A stretch of DNA of 64,000 nt. Source: Lama glama. Lineage: Eukaryota. The DNA is taken from contig CM052818.1 of NCBI GenBank assembly GCA_028534125.1, forward strand, positions 39,124,001-39,188,000, read 5' to 3'. The notes under the pieces are model-generated. The model had not been told where the DNA came from. It was given only the letters and a program-made list of their open reading frames with translations, and made no database searches. The position numbers and the translations under genes are program-made. Below are positions 21,496 through 33,620 of this stretch, piece by piece. Every line of letters begins with the position of its first letter. Position 1 is the first letter of the stretch.

Positions 21496-24400
21496 GCCTA
21501 TGGCACTCCCCTGAACATTACTGCTTCCTGTTTCATCCATTCTGTTCACACAGGACCACCTGGACAAGACATGGGGGAGGCTCTTCTAGGCCAGGGCTGC
21601 CCCTGCAAGCCCTGAGGCTATTCCCAGGCACAGGATGAGGTGGCCTCCCTAAAAAGTCTGGGTGCTGGTGCCAAAGTCAATAATGATAACCTGCCCTGCA
21701 GGAAACCATGGTCACAAGGATACAAACAACAGGGTTGGGGCGGCAGCTAACTTCTGCCCCAACCACAGCCACCTTCTGCCCCAGCCGCAGCCAGCTCTGT
21801 GCCTCTCTGTCCCGGGGGCAGGCTGTGGGTGACACCTGGCAAATCTCAGATCCAGGAGCAGGGAGATGGCCCCTCCCCTAGTAGGGAGGTGAGTGTAGGC
21901 AGTGCCCTGTCCCTGTCCTGCAGATCCCCTAGGAAGCTGGCTAAGAAGGTGGCACTGGGATCTGTCGGGAATGGCCCAAGAGAGCAACTCAGGCCCCTGG
22001 AGTAGCTCTACCCCTGGAGCACTGAACATTCCACTCCTTCAATACAATCACAGAGGCCTCTCCTGGGTCAGAGCCTCTGCAGAGCCCATGGTCTCGTGGC
22101 AAGGACAGACCCGCAATATTGAACAATACAGATGTCCAAGGCAGTATTCTAGGGACACAGATAAAGGGCACCTAATCCAGCCTGGGGAGATTGAGAAACG
22201 GCCTAGAGGGGGAAACATGTGAACGGAGTATTAGTAAAGGAGCTGGCCAGGCCAAGCAGGGGAGGGGTGTTTGGGGCACATGCACTCAAACAGGAGGTCC
22301 TATCTAACGGGCAGTGTCTGTGCGGGGGGCGGGAAAGCAGTGCGAAATGAAGCAGGGGGATAGCTGGGGCCGGTAAAGGAGGCTGGTGCCCTAGGTTGGA
22401 ATAAAGGGAGGAGGTGGCCGTATTCGCAGCCGCCTTCTCCTGGCTCAAGGGAGCTGATCGTGCACACAAGTTCAGTGACCTCGTGCTGGTGGTTTGAAAG
22501 TGACCATGGTGGGAATTGGCAAGCGTCACAAATCAGAGCCAGTTGTTTAAAAAGTAGAAAAGGGCAGGCTCTGGTGGATTTAAAAGTCAGGATACGGGAT
22601 GATTAACTTTGTTCCTTGGAAGGACACTCTGTCTGGCGTGAAGGATGGGCAATGTGCTTGGAGACTGGCGCTCGGCCTCGGGTGGCCTCTAGGCAAGGGG
22701 AAGGGGAAGGGAGTGGAGAGGATAGGCCCGGCCAGTCACCTGACCCCACTGTGTCTGCGCAGCCTGGGGGTGAGGTGGAGGCTCGGGTAGCCCCTCAGCC
22801 TTCCTCAGCCAGAGCCTGGGAATCCGCAATAAAACCCTTAATGAGAAACACCTGGGCTCTGGCCTAGCCTGGGCTGTGAGCCGGGATGGGAGGGGACTAG
22901 GGGTTGGAAGTGAGGTGGAGAAGGACCTTGTACCCCCTGCCTTCATCTGCTGGCGTATCAGCTCTCTGGGCCTGAGCCTGGGCCTGGGCCTGGGCCCGGG
23001 AGAGGAGAAAGGTGCTGGGGGAAGAGGCGCAAAAGAAGTCACAGTCACGGGGTCACCGCACCTGGGCTCCTGGGGCTCACCTGAACCAAAGTGCTGATTG
23101 TTTGGGCGCTGATTCTATGGAAGCTTCTGGTCAAGGCCACAGTGTGTTAGAGCCAGACCAGGCAGGGTCCTGAGTCTCCAAGTCTTCCCCCTAGAGTCCT
23201 GGGTGTGTATGTGTGTGTGTGTTAAGGGAGGGGTGGTAAGGGTTAATTCGTGAGAGGGCAGGAGGGATGACAGCTGAGTCTCCTCTGTCTCTCTGTTCCC
23301 CCTCTGCCACTCAGGGTGCACGCAGGAGGAGTGTCTGAGACCCCAAAAGGGAGACTTGGCTGATCCCAGAGCCCACTGGGTCTTGGACTGGCCCAGCCTG
23401 CCCTACAGGTTTTAGTGCCTGGAGAACACAGTGGCCACTGGGAAGGCTGGGCTCCAGGCATCCGCCCACCCTTCTCTTGAAGGAGGCACTGATAGGGCAG
23501 GACTTGCCTTGGGTGGGAGGACACTTCCAAGGGGGCAGCACTTCTCTCTGGCTTCTCAAGATGGTTCTGGGCTAGCGCAGAAGCAGCCATGGGGCCCCCA
23601 GGCCCTATATCCACTGGGAGACGCTGGGGCTCCCAGCTGGAAATGCCAGGGGTCACCAACTGGGTGGGTCAGAAATTGGAAAAAGGATGTTCTGGCACTG
23701 GGAGGGGCCAGTTTTTGAACTGAGTTCCCACCTGTTGTGCTTTTCCAGAGAACCTCCTTCCCACCCAAATTCTGCCCAGGGGCAGGTGACCCCCCCACCC
23801 CCAGCACAGTGTCAAGGCCTCAGGGGTACAGAGAGCAAATCCATGCACATTAGAAACAGCACCCTTTCTGAGCAGATCTAGCCTTGTGGGCATGTGGCTT
23901 GATGAGGACACACGGCCTTGATGGCAACTAGAAAGAAGGACATTTCCTTCAAGAAGATGCAGCCCTTGCAAGGTGACCAGCGGGCCCACGGTAGCCCCGC
24001 GCACACCCTCCAGCAGCTGGAGGGGAGGGCTCCATCTGACACACACACAAGGAGGGCTGACATGCTGTCTCTGCCTTGCCCCCACCCACAGGAGCCCCCA
24101 GCCTTGTAATAAACAGCCTTACAATAAACAGCCTTGAAAAGGATGGGAGGGACTTGGAGGATGGGAAGGGATGCCATGAATGCAGAACCCCTTACACCCT
24201 TCCAAGGGCTGTAGGAGGCACTACCTACCCTGCACCCGACTCTGACCACCCAGCCCCTCCCCCATGGCTGCCGGGCACTTCCAGGAGAAGGCCTGTACTC
24301 CTTCTGGGCACCATGTGGGGAGGGAGGCCCAGGCACTGGAGATGAAAGGCACAGGACCAGCTGTGGCCCCAGCCACCACACAGAAGGCAGCTCCACCATC

Positions 24401-26258
24401 CCTCCAGGGCTTCCCTCTGGTGCCATGTGGTCCCGTTTGGCCCCCACCCCACCTCCAGACACATGGGCATCAGGGGTGGAGCCACAGACCCTCCTGGGTA
24501 GAGGAACTTGTCTTGCCAGCTGGGATCTGAGAGGTGGCCACCTTCATCTCAGCCCTTGAAAGTTGAACACCCTTCCCAGCACCCTGGCCCTCTTCCGATC
24601 TTCCACCCTTTGGGGCAAGTCCTCTGGAAAAGGGTGGGGGGACACAGAACTGCAAGCCAGCAGGCCCAGGGACAGGCTCTAGATTGTAAGTGCATTTCTT
24701 CCCTTGGTCGGCGGGGAGGGGCTTGGTTCTCCCATCTGCAAAACAAGGTCAGAAAGTTATACAATGTGCAGGTGAGAGGCAGAGCTGGGATCAGAACCCA
24801 GAGCTGCCTTACTTCAAAGCTTCCTTGCAGCACCAGAGTGTACCTCTGCCAGCCGGGGCAGATGGTGTCAGCTGGGACATGCCCCTCATGGGCTCCTTTA
24901 GGACATGGCCCCAGCGCATCTCCTCATACGTGGACTTCTGGAAGTCACAAAATTGCGAGGAATCTTAGGGTTCTTGCAGCCATACCCTTGAAACTGAGGT
25001 TCAGAGAATAGAAATGATTTCCCTGTGTCTCTTTGCTCCCAGCCCGGTGTTCCTTCTGCTGCTGCTCAGAATGGGAGTCTAGAAGCCCATGCCAGTTAGA
25101 CTGCATGTACATTGAGCCCATATTGTGACAGGGGCCTCCCTCCCATGGGAGGAGCAGTCCCCTCAGAGAAGCAGAAGCGATGCACCTCCCTCCATGACTG
25201 TAGCTGTCACATGAGGCCACCTTCTCCCTTGGCCTCCAGTTACTGACTCACAGAACAGCAGTTTGTTCCTCGAAGGGAAAGGAGCAGCGGCCAGTGAGTG
25301 CGGGAAGTGGTTGAGAGCTGCCTGAGTAGGTCAGTTGCGAGGACCAGGCCTCAGGTTTGTGCAGGCGGCAAGAGGCTGGGCTGCTGCCCACATTCCTCGA
25401 ACAGGGCTGAGCCTGCAGGCAGGAATGCCGGTGGCTCTCATAGGCCGGCCAGCTCCCCGAGGCCAGCGGACAAGAGGGTGGAGACCAAAAGGGGCTGGAG
25501 CTGAGGAATCAGTCTATCAGAGTCCTCACTGAGCACCCCCAGATGCGCAGCATGGGGTTCCAGAGGGACCCTATGATCCTGCTGGGAAAACACACATCAG
25601 GAGACTTGGCAAACTGTGAGCTGGACTCAGTCCTGCAGGAGCAGGGGATGGAGGGAGAAACCTGCTGAGGGTGGAGGGTGTCAGGGAGGAGTTCTCAGGA
25701 TGGTCTGGAAGGATGGGTAGGAATTCCCCCTGAGAAAAGTCTAGCGATATGAAAAAATAGGAAACCAAAGCTGGGCTAGGGAAGTGAGTTGGAGGCCAGC
25801 AGGCACCAGGGCCTGGACCCTGGCCTATCTGGGCTGTGCTGGTGAGGACGCTGGCTCTCCGGGAGCAGCTCCTGCAGCAGCCACAGCAATGGTCAGGGCA
25901 GGCCAGCCCTTAGGGGCAAGATGTCTCGTAGCACTGTGATGACATGGGCTCCAGTGAGTCAGGGGCCGCCCCCTGACCCTGGATTCCCAGCACTCCCTCC
26001 CTGCTCCAGGACGACTTCCTGTGTGGGTTAGTCAGCTCTGTGGGTGCCCCCAGGCACAACGTGTCCCTCACCCAGCCAGCACCCCTTTTTGGTGGGTGGG
26101 GCTTCTCTCGGGCCTTCCGGATGCTCCCTTTGTCCTGTCCAGCAGAGCCCTTCCTCTCGCTGCTGCCTCCATGGGCAGCCACCTGGAAGGGGGGTTCTCA
26201 GGAGTTGGGTCCTCGGACCGACCGAACCAGCCTCCCGGGGAGCAGAGGGGCTGAGGAG

Positions 26259-26312
26259 CTTCTCCTCCCTCTCCTTCCTCTTCCTCTTCCTCCTCCTCCC
26301 CTCCTCCCCTCC
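26259..26312. repeat. Pure polypyrimidine (CT/CCT-rich) tract
   Basis: cttctcctccctctccttcctcttcctcttcctcctcctcccctcctcccctcc. Confidence 0.9.
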
Positions 26313-29300
26313 ACTTGCCGCTCCCCCCAGGCTCTCCTGGCCTCCTCTTTTCCTCATTACTTTCTCAGCAGCTGCACTCTGATTCTAACGCCATCAGCAC
26401 TCTCAGGGAGGACATCCAGGAGGAGGTGGCCACTCAGCTGGGCCCTGGAGTGCTAGGACAATCTGTGCCTCTAGAAACTTCTAGGAGTTTCCAGGAGCTT
26501 CCAGGGGAGGGCTGAGGCTGTGAGCGGAAGCAGCTCAGCCCTTCATTCCCCACCCTCACTCTGACCCCCTGATTCTTTTCAGAGAAGTGGGAGTGGGGGG
26601 GGGGTTGAGCAGTGGGGAGAAGGCAGGACTAGACTGACATGTTCTTAGGCTGTGAGACAAAGAATTTTGTCTGCGTGGTGGGCTTTCCAGGTCCGGGGCA
26701 GTTTCCTGGAGACACAGTAGGATTGAGAACCCAGAGAGACAAAGAGAGACTGGAATGGGCACAAGAGAGAGAAGGGGGCTAGGCTGTCTCTCCTCGGTGC
26801 CTCTACATCCTGAGCACAGGCCCTCTCCTGGCTCTCACAGCAGTGCCCTGGCATTTCTGTTGCCAGGCACCCCACCTCGGCTTTTCCCTGGAGCTCCTGG
26901 TGATTTTAGGATGCTCCCGTGGTGCCCATCCCCAAAGAAGCCCTTCTCCCCACGCTGTGCTGTTGTGGGGGCTGCAGCGGAGTCCAGCCCGGGTGCCCAG
27001 TGCAGTGAGCCCTGCTTCAGCCAGGTGCGCTGACCGGAGGGATGGCTGGACCCTGGACTCGTGACGGTTACAATACCATGCCCCTCCCCCACCCTGCTAG
27101 GGAGACTGATGACTTCCCGAAAAGGGGTTAAATGGGGGGTTTGTAACATGGAACATCTGATGTGACCTGAGAACTTCCTGTTCAAATGACCCCTGGGGCT
27201 CCTGACCTCGCAAAAGTGTCCCATGCACAGTCGGAATGAGCCCTCGGAGTCACTTCTCTAAGCAGAGCTGCTACAGGCTGAGCCCACCCTGGGCAGCGGA
27301 ATCCAGGCTCCCCATCCCTGCAGGCTCATCTGAGCTGCTGCCCCAGAGGCCTTGAGACTCACAAAGTCAACAGGGAGGAAGTGGATCCTCCTACCAAAAG
27401 GTGCTTCTGATGCCCCTCCCCCTCTGCAGGGCACTTGGGAAAATGGTTCCAGAACAGAGCCTTGGGAGCCCAGGACTAAAAGCTCCCTTGTGTGAAACTG
27501 CCAGGGGTCCTACTCAGGGCTGGTTGGGGGCCTCAGAGGGTCCCCGAGAATGGCCAAGCAAGCTCACACTCCAGAGGGACTCCTGTGTCACACTTCCTTG
27601 TATGAACTGGACCTGACGGACGGGCACCGGGCTCGTTTCAGTCTCTACTCACTCCACACCACGGGGCCTCTGAGGAGCCTCAAGCACGACGGCTGGTTCT
27701 TACCCTCAGTGCTTCAGTGCTTTCATTCACCACCATCTCGCCTGGGCTGGGGTGTTCATGTCTTGTGGTAAGAAAAAAATTTCTACCAACTGATTCCTAT
27801 GGAGACTTTTCATCCCTCCAGTCCCGCCAGTACCCTGGCTGATCTGCTGTGTGACGGGGGACTCTCACTCTAATCCGAGCCTGGGGACTACAGCCTGTGG
27901 GGAGCACCCCTGCGTTAATGGGGAATTTTGTGGTGAGAAGACTGCTTCTTGCATGAAGTCTGAGCTGAAGATGGATTGGTAGAAGCATAGATACCCCAAG
28001 TTCTTATATGATGTCATCACATTCCATCCTCCACCCCCACAACTGGAAACCTAGAATTACACTTTAATTCTTTCGTGCCCAGTAAGGGGTAGATTCACTA
28101 GCTGATCGCCTAATGGGTCTTTTGAAAAGCCTCAGAGTCAGGCTCTGGTATGTCAGTGATTAGAGATCTGGATAGCAGTGCTCGGCCGACGAACACGCCC
28201 TACACTGTACACAGACCAGGGGGGGCGCAACTGCTGGGGTGCTCTGAGGAGGGGTCCCAGGGTTGGTGGCAGAGACAGGAAGGCTCTCTGGGAAAAAAGG
28301 TCTTCCTGAGTTTTTCAAGGTTTCAGCATCACCTGGTGAGTCAGGACAAGGGACTGTCCCATGGGCCTTGTCTCAGCCTCTCAGGGCTGAAGTCCACCCA
28401 GCTGTTCTGTGAACCATGTGGACTAGCCAGTCGGTCAGACCTGGGTTGCCCACAGCATTAGCTGTCTGCCCGCTGGGCTGTCTGTGAAGCAATGTGGCTG
28501 AATCAGGCCTTGACTAGACATTAATGGATACCAGACCCGCGGACTGGGGCTCGAAGCAGTGGGGGTTGGGGCTGGAAGGCAGGGCAGCCTCTCAGGAGAA
28601 GGAGATGCAGTAATTCATCTTGGGCAGAGGGAGAGAAGCATTGTGGAAATGACCGCCCCCTCAGAGGCGGTGAGTGTAAGGTAAGAGTCTAACTGCCTGG
28701 TGTTCTGTGGGTGGGAGCGAGCAGAGGAGACTGGAAGCCGGTCCCAGGAGAGGGTAAAACATTGAGTATGGTCAGAATGATGGAGAGGCGAAACCAGAGT
28801 GTGTTTGATTGCCTGGGAGAAGGCAAACTGAACAGTGATTCAATGGAGAACTATTCAATCAAGTGTTTGTTTTTGGAAGGACGATGTAATCAGAAGGCAG
28901 TTCAGTTCTGAAGGGGAGAAAGACTTGGAAAGGTCTGAAGGAGTTATCCCTCCCTGCTTCCACCCATGTGGTTTTGCTCCAACACCAGAACTCACCTTGG
29001 AGGAAAGCCTGGATCTGACCTCCTGTCTCCTGCAAACCACAAGAGATGAGTGGTTAAAGGGAAGATTTAAACCAAGTATCCCCTAAATGGAAGTGCCTTA
29101 TCATGCATGTTCAGCATCACTGGCTGATAGGCAAAAGCAGCCATTGTCAGTGTCATTGGCTGGCTGCCCTGGCTTTAATTAGTCCATGGCCCTCTGGGGA
29201 TGGAGTCCCCCGGATCTCTCCTGGGGACCCCAAAATCCTCCCATCACTCCTCTTAGCTAAGTTCACATATCTGAGAGCCTTTTCTCTGCGTCGGAAAGGG

Positions 29301-29479
29301 AAGGAAGAGTCCAGGCCCCACTTACGGATGGACTGCTCTCCAAGGCTCCCAGATCATTCCCAAAGTGGTGGCTCATCTGGAAGAACTTGGTGGGTTAAGG
29401 ATAAAGGTCAAGGAAAGAATCAGGGTACAGGAGGGCTGGGGTACACCTGCGCATATAGCCGCCTGGATGTCCTGCAGGC

Positions 29480-29740
29480 ATTGCTTCAAACTCATTTCCA
29501 TTCAAACTACCTTTCTCTCTCCTTGGGGGTCCTCTCTCAGCATCTCCATCCTCCCAGCCACCCAAGCCAGAAACGCAACTCATCCTGGAGTTTTCTCCTT
29601 CTCCTTCATGTCCCCACCTCAGCCTGTTTAGCTTCTAAATATGTCTCTATTTCAGCTCTTTTGTCCCCTCACTACCGCCATCCCATTTTACTGCTCCATC
29701 GTCTCCCAACTGGTGTCTCTCTCTGGTACTAGTCTCTTTG
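29480..29740 (+). mobile_element. L2 LINE fragment
   Basis: ccatcctcccagccacccaagccagaaac...catcctggag...ctaaatatgtctc...ctcccaactggtgtctct. Confidence 0.6.
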
Positions 29741-29744
29741 AGTC

Positions 29745-30090
29745 TGTCAGCCAGGTTGCACTCAAGTTAGGATAAATTGAGAGGAGTTTGCAAAGATGTG
29801 GGCAAGGGGTAAGAGACCTCTAGAACTGCTGAGGTAAGGTGGGCTTTGTGCTGTGGCTTTCCCGTAGGCATGCAGCCAGCTTGCAGACATCCTGCAGGGA
29901 GAGGGTGGGAGTTAGTCCCCTAAACCTCACTCTCCTCTCTCCCGTACTTCCTGCTGGGCTCCTCCTTGCCTGCATTGGTTTAACAGTGGGAGGACGGAGG
30001 GGCCCACTGACGCTGTCCACATAGGTTGGTCTTCCCAGTGCAGGGTAGCAGGGACGAGGGTGGAGGATGGATCTGGAGGGCAAACAGGTG
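29745..30090 (-). mobile_element. Ancient ERVL LTR (LTR16/LTR33-like)
   Basis: gggcccactgacgctgtccacatagg...cagggacgagggtggaggatggatctggagggcaaac resembles LTR16/33-family segments. Confidence 0.55.
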
Positions 30091-30524
30091 TTCACACAGA
30101 TGCTCACCAGGGAGATGTTTCCAAAACCCATATCTGAGCAGGTTCCTGCCAAAAAATTTGAGACTAACCAGAGCAATCACATGAATTAATAAGGGCCACC
30201 TCCCCCCTTATCCCAGGTGGCCCCTTTCACAGGACTTTCAAGGTCAATGCCAGGTTCCCATTTTACAGCTGAAGCAACTGAAGCTCAGAGAAACAAATGC
30301 CTGGACCTCGCAGCCAGGGTCTGCTGCTGCTAGAGCCTGAGCCTGGGGCTGACCCTGCTGTGATAACACCTCCTCTCAGGGCCTTCGAGCCTCCTGGGGT
30401 GGCCCCCGTCCCATCCGATCTCGGCCAGCCCTGCTCCTCATTCCTGGGGCTCCTGGGCTCTGGTCAATCTGCGTGACTTGTTCTTGAAGCCTCTGTATGC
30501 TCTCACCGATCTGAATCTTTAGGA

Positions 30525-30829
30525 CTGGGATCAGCAGACTGGGATCTACGGCCCAATCCCTCCCCAGTGCCTGCTTTTCTATAGCCTGTGAGCTAAAAAC
30601 AGTTTACATTTTAAAAGACTGAGAAATGTAAAAGAATATTATTTTGTGACATATGAGAATCATGTGACATCACTGTTAATACAGTTTTATTGCCACATGG
30701 CCACGCCCATTTGTTCACATACCCTCCGTGGCTGCTCTGGGGCTTCCCTGCAGAGCTGAGTAGTTGTGACAGGAAAAGCCTCAAATATTTACCATCTGGC
30801 CCTTTATGGGGAAAGCTTGCAAACTCCTG
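30525..30829. mobile_element. MER58-type hAT-Charlie DNA transposon
   Basis: Degenerate TIRs (ctgggatcagcagact ... ttgcaaactcctg) and diagnostic ccacgcccatttgttcacata...gagctgagtagttgtgacag...aaatatttaccatctggcccttta. Confidence 0.85.
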
Positions 30830-31154
30830 CTCAGAGCCTTTCTTTTCCACGTGCTACTGAGTCTTCACTGTGCTTGTGTGTGTCTTTACGTTGCACCTGC
30901 AATCCATGAATATAGGCTCACTGTGGGAGGTTCAAACCATGCAGGGGTTTGGGGTACACGAGCCCCCAACCCCTCCCTGGGGATGCTCACTGTTAGCATC
31001 TCCCAGCCGTGCAGACACCATCTCCTCTGTCTGCATTGTCCCATGCTGCTTCTCTGACAAGCTTCCATTCACACCCAGGCCTAGCCCTACCGCCATTCGG
31101 TCTGGGAAGCTTCGGCTTGGCCCTCCCTTGCCATCCTACCCGACTTTGAAGACA

Positions 31155-31331
31155 GCATAACACGGTGGCTAAGAGCACAGGTCCCTGGATTTGCATCTTG
31201 GTCCTCTCACTTCCATCCTGGGGCAAGTCACTCAACTTCTCTATCCCTTGGGGTTTTTCCCTCATCTGCTGCAATGGGGGTCATGAATTTATCTACTTCA
31301 TATCTTGCTGTGAAGCCCATGTGATAAAAGT
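31155..31331 (+). mobile_element. MIR SINE, interrupted by the Vic-1-like SINE; resumes ~31447-31500
   Basis: gcataacacggtggctaagagcacagg...gggcaagtcactcaacttctct...cctcatctg. Confidence 0.75.
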
Positions 31332-31344
31332 AAGTAAACACACG

Positions 31345-31433
31345 GGGTAGCAGGTATAGCTCAGTGGTAGAGCGCATGCTTGGCATGCACCAGGTCTTGG
31401 GTTCAATCCCAGTGCCTCCGTTAAGGGGAAAAA
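31345..31433 (+). mobile_element. tRNA-Ala-derived camelid SINE (Vic-1-like) with 13-bp TSD
   Basis: A box tagctcagtgg, B box ggttcaatccc, A-rich tail. Perfect direct repeat aagtaaacacacg at 31332-31344 and 31434-31446. Confidence 0.9.
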
Positions 31434-33169
31434 AAGTAAACACACGTGACCTGCTTAAAACAGGGCCTGGTATACAGAAGGTGATGTCTAAGAGTCAAGG
31501 CTTGTCAGTCATCGCAGCAGCGGGACTGGCCCCCATTATGGAACTTCTCACCTGTTCTCTGCTGTTTGTTCACGTGCCCCTGAGGGCAGCGAGCAGGCTC
31601 TACTCTCTCCGCAGTCAGAGCCAGTGCTGTGAGGAGGCAGGTTGGCGGGGTCAGGACAGGGGTCTCACAGGACCCTGAGTGGATGAGACCCAGGGCTTCT
31701 CGGTCCAGGTTGGGGGTGGGGAGGATCCTGTGGGAGAATAAACAGGATATGGTGCTCCAAGCACATGGCCCAGAACTTGGGGTCCTAGAGGCTGAGCAAG
31801 TAAATCTGAGGCAAAGCACGACCCAGCTAGTCTGTCAGGAGGACCCTACCCTTCGTTGCTGAATAGGCTTTGGAAATCCTCAGGGCCACAATGTCCCTGG
31901 GTCATGGAGGGTGGGCCGGGCAGCCCAGTCAGACCCAGACTCCTGGGCACTGAAGAGGGGGTGGGAGCAGTTTACTGAGGGGCATCCAGTAAAGCTGCCT
32001 GACCCCTCAGATCAGCTAAGACCCCTCTCAGACCAGCAGGGACTCGCCTTTCTGGAATCCTGAGGAATCACAGTGGGAATGGGGAGAGGGTCAACCCTGT
32101 CCACGGCACCCTCCACCACCCTCCCCATTTCAGAGAAAATTATCTTTCACTCCCCCACCCAACCTCCCACCCACACATCCCAGCCTTCTCCAGACTCCGG
32201 AGCAGCAAAGCTGGATCTGAGATGGGCTCAGAGTTTACCAAGGACAAAGGACTTTAGAGCTCTGTTCAACAAAGAGAGGCCGGCTTTGGGCGAGGCTGGA
32301 GTGCGAGGGTGTGGGCACGGAGGTGTGGGCACGGGGTGAGTCTGGAGGCAGACTTGGCCCAGTGCGTATGAGTTCACTACCATCACCACTCTAGGAACCG
32401 GTGCTCCCAGGGAAGGGCCCTGGAGGCTGGTGCGTGTGTGCATGCTCCAGGCCTGGGACACACATGTGCCTATGTTTCTGGAATCACGAGGACCAGGAGT
32501 GGGAGGGGCAGAGGAGCAGTCGGCAGGGCTCCCTGTCTGCTGGGGGCAAGTCCTCCACTCCAACCTGGTGTGTGCTGTCGTGTGGTGGGAGCAGTTCTGG
32601 ATGACACTGTTTGAGGAACGTCTTCAGCAAGGCTGACCCCACTGAGCACTGGGGCTGGAGTCTACTCCTGGGGCACACAGGAGCCTCCAGACAAGGCCCC
32701 CACTGGCTGGGAGGCTTGGGGGAGGCAGAATGTGGTGGTGATCAAGTCTGCATGTCCAGCCAGGGTGTCCCTTGTCCTTCCCAGCTTCTGGGAGCCTGCC
32801 TGGCCCTGCCCCCTGGGTTGCCCCTGAGCCGGGCAGGCGGGTGCGGCACCCGTTGTGCAAGGGGTGAGCTCACCTGCTGTGCCCGCCCTGGCCTGCACCG
32901 GCCTGCCCGTTGCAGTTAATCATTGTTCAATCGCCCTGGCAGGCGAGCGGGCTGCGGAAGAAGATGTGACGGGCAGGGCCACCTCTGCCAGCTCTCAGCA
33001 AAGCTCCCCCAGGAGCTGCTCTCCAGGACCCCACACTGAGCATCCTCCGGTGAGGCTCAGACCACCTCTCCTAATTCTGTCCTAGGAACTCATCAAAGAG
33101 TATCCCTTTGTTGGTTTCCTCTCTGAGGGTGAATTCAGAGCTGTTCAAGGGCAGAGGGCGGCACCAACG

Positions 33170-33620
33170 CCCAAATGCCTTGGTTCAAACCATAGCTCAG
33201 CTACTTACCAGCTGTGTGACATCGGCCAAGCATCAGACTCTCTCTGTGCCTCAGTTTCCTGAGCTATAAAAAGCTGTTGCTGATGACGACGATGTGTTCC
33301 TCAAAGAACTATTGCGAGGAATAGGATGCATGTAAAGTGCTCACTCTGCCAACAGCACGGAAACCACAGTGCCGGGAACCAGGACTAAAATACTCATCAC
33401 TGTGCTCCGATTTTTCCCAAGAGGAAGCTGAGGCGCTGGGCTGGGCCGTTGGTGCATGTTGTGTAATCACCCTTCATGTGGTTCCTTGTGAGGTACCACT
33501 GTCCGCATTTCCCTGACGAGGACAGCCAGGCTCAGGGGAGTGAAATGACTGCCGATGGTCACATGGTGTTAAGGGACAAAGCCGGGATTCAAGCCCGGGT
33601 CCGTCTGTGCCCGAATCCAG
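33170..33620. mobile_element. MIR fragments (+ ~33170-33350; - ~33470-33620)
   Basis: ctacttaccagctgtgtgacatcggccaag...tctctgtgcctcagtttcct, and ccctgacgaggacagccaggctcagg...ggtcacatgg...gggattcaagccc. Confidence 0.75.

Noticed and set aside
28210..28675. CTCF-like GC motifs (28214-28228, 28651-28670)
   Set aside because: Only partial matches to the core by eye; not supportable without PWM or ChIP data.
6247..29732. Long stand-alone ORFs 6247..6861-, 13530..14279+, 23878..24462-, 29103..29732+
   Set aside because: Low-complexity Pro/Gly/Ser/Trp-rich translations expected by chance at high GC; two overlap decayed L2; no homology recognised.
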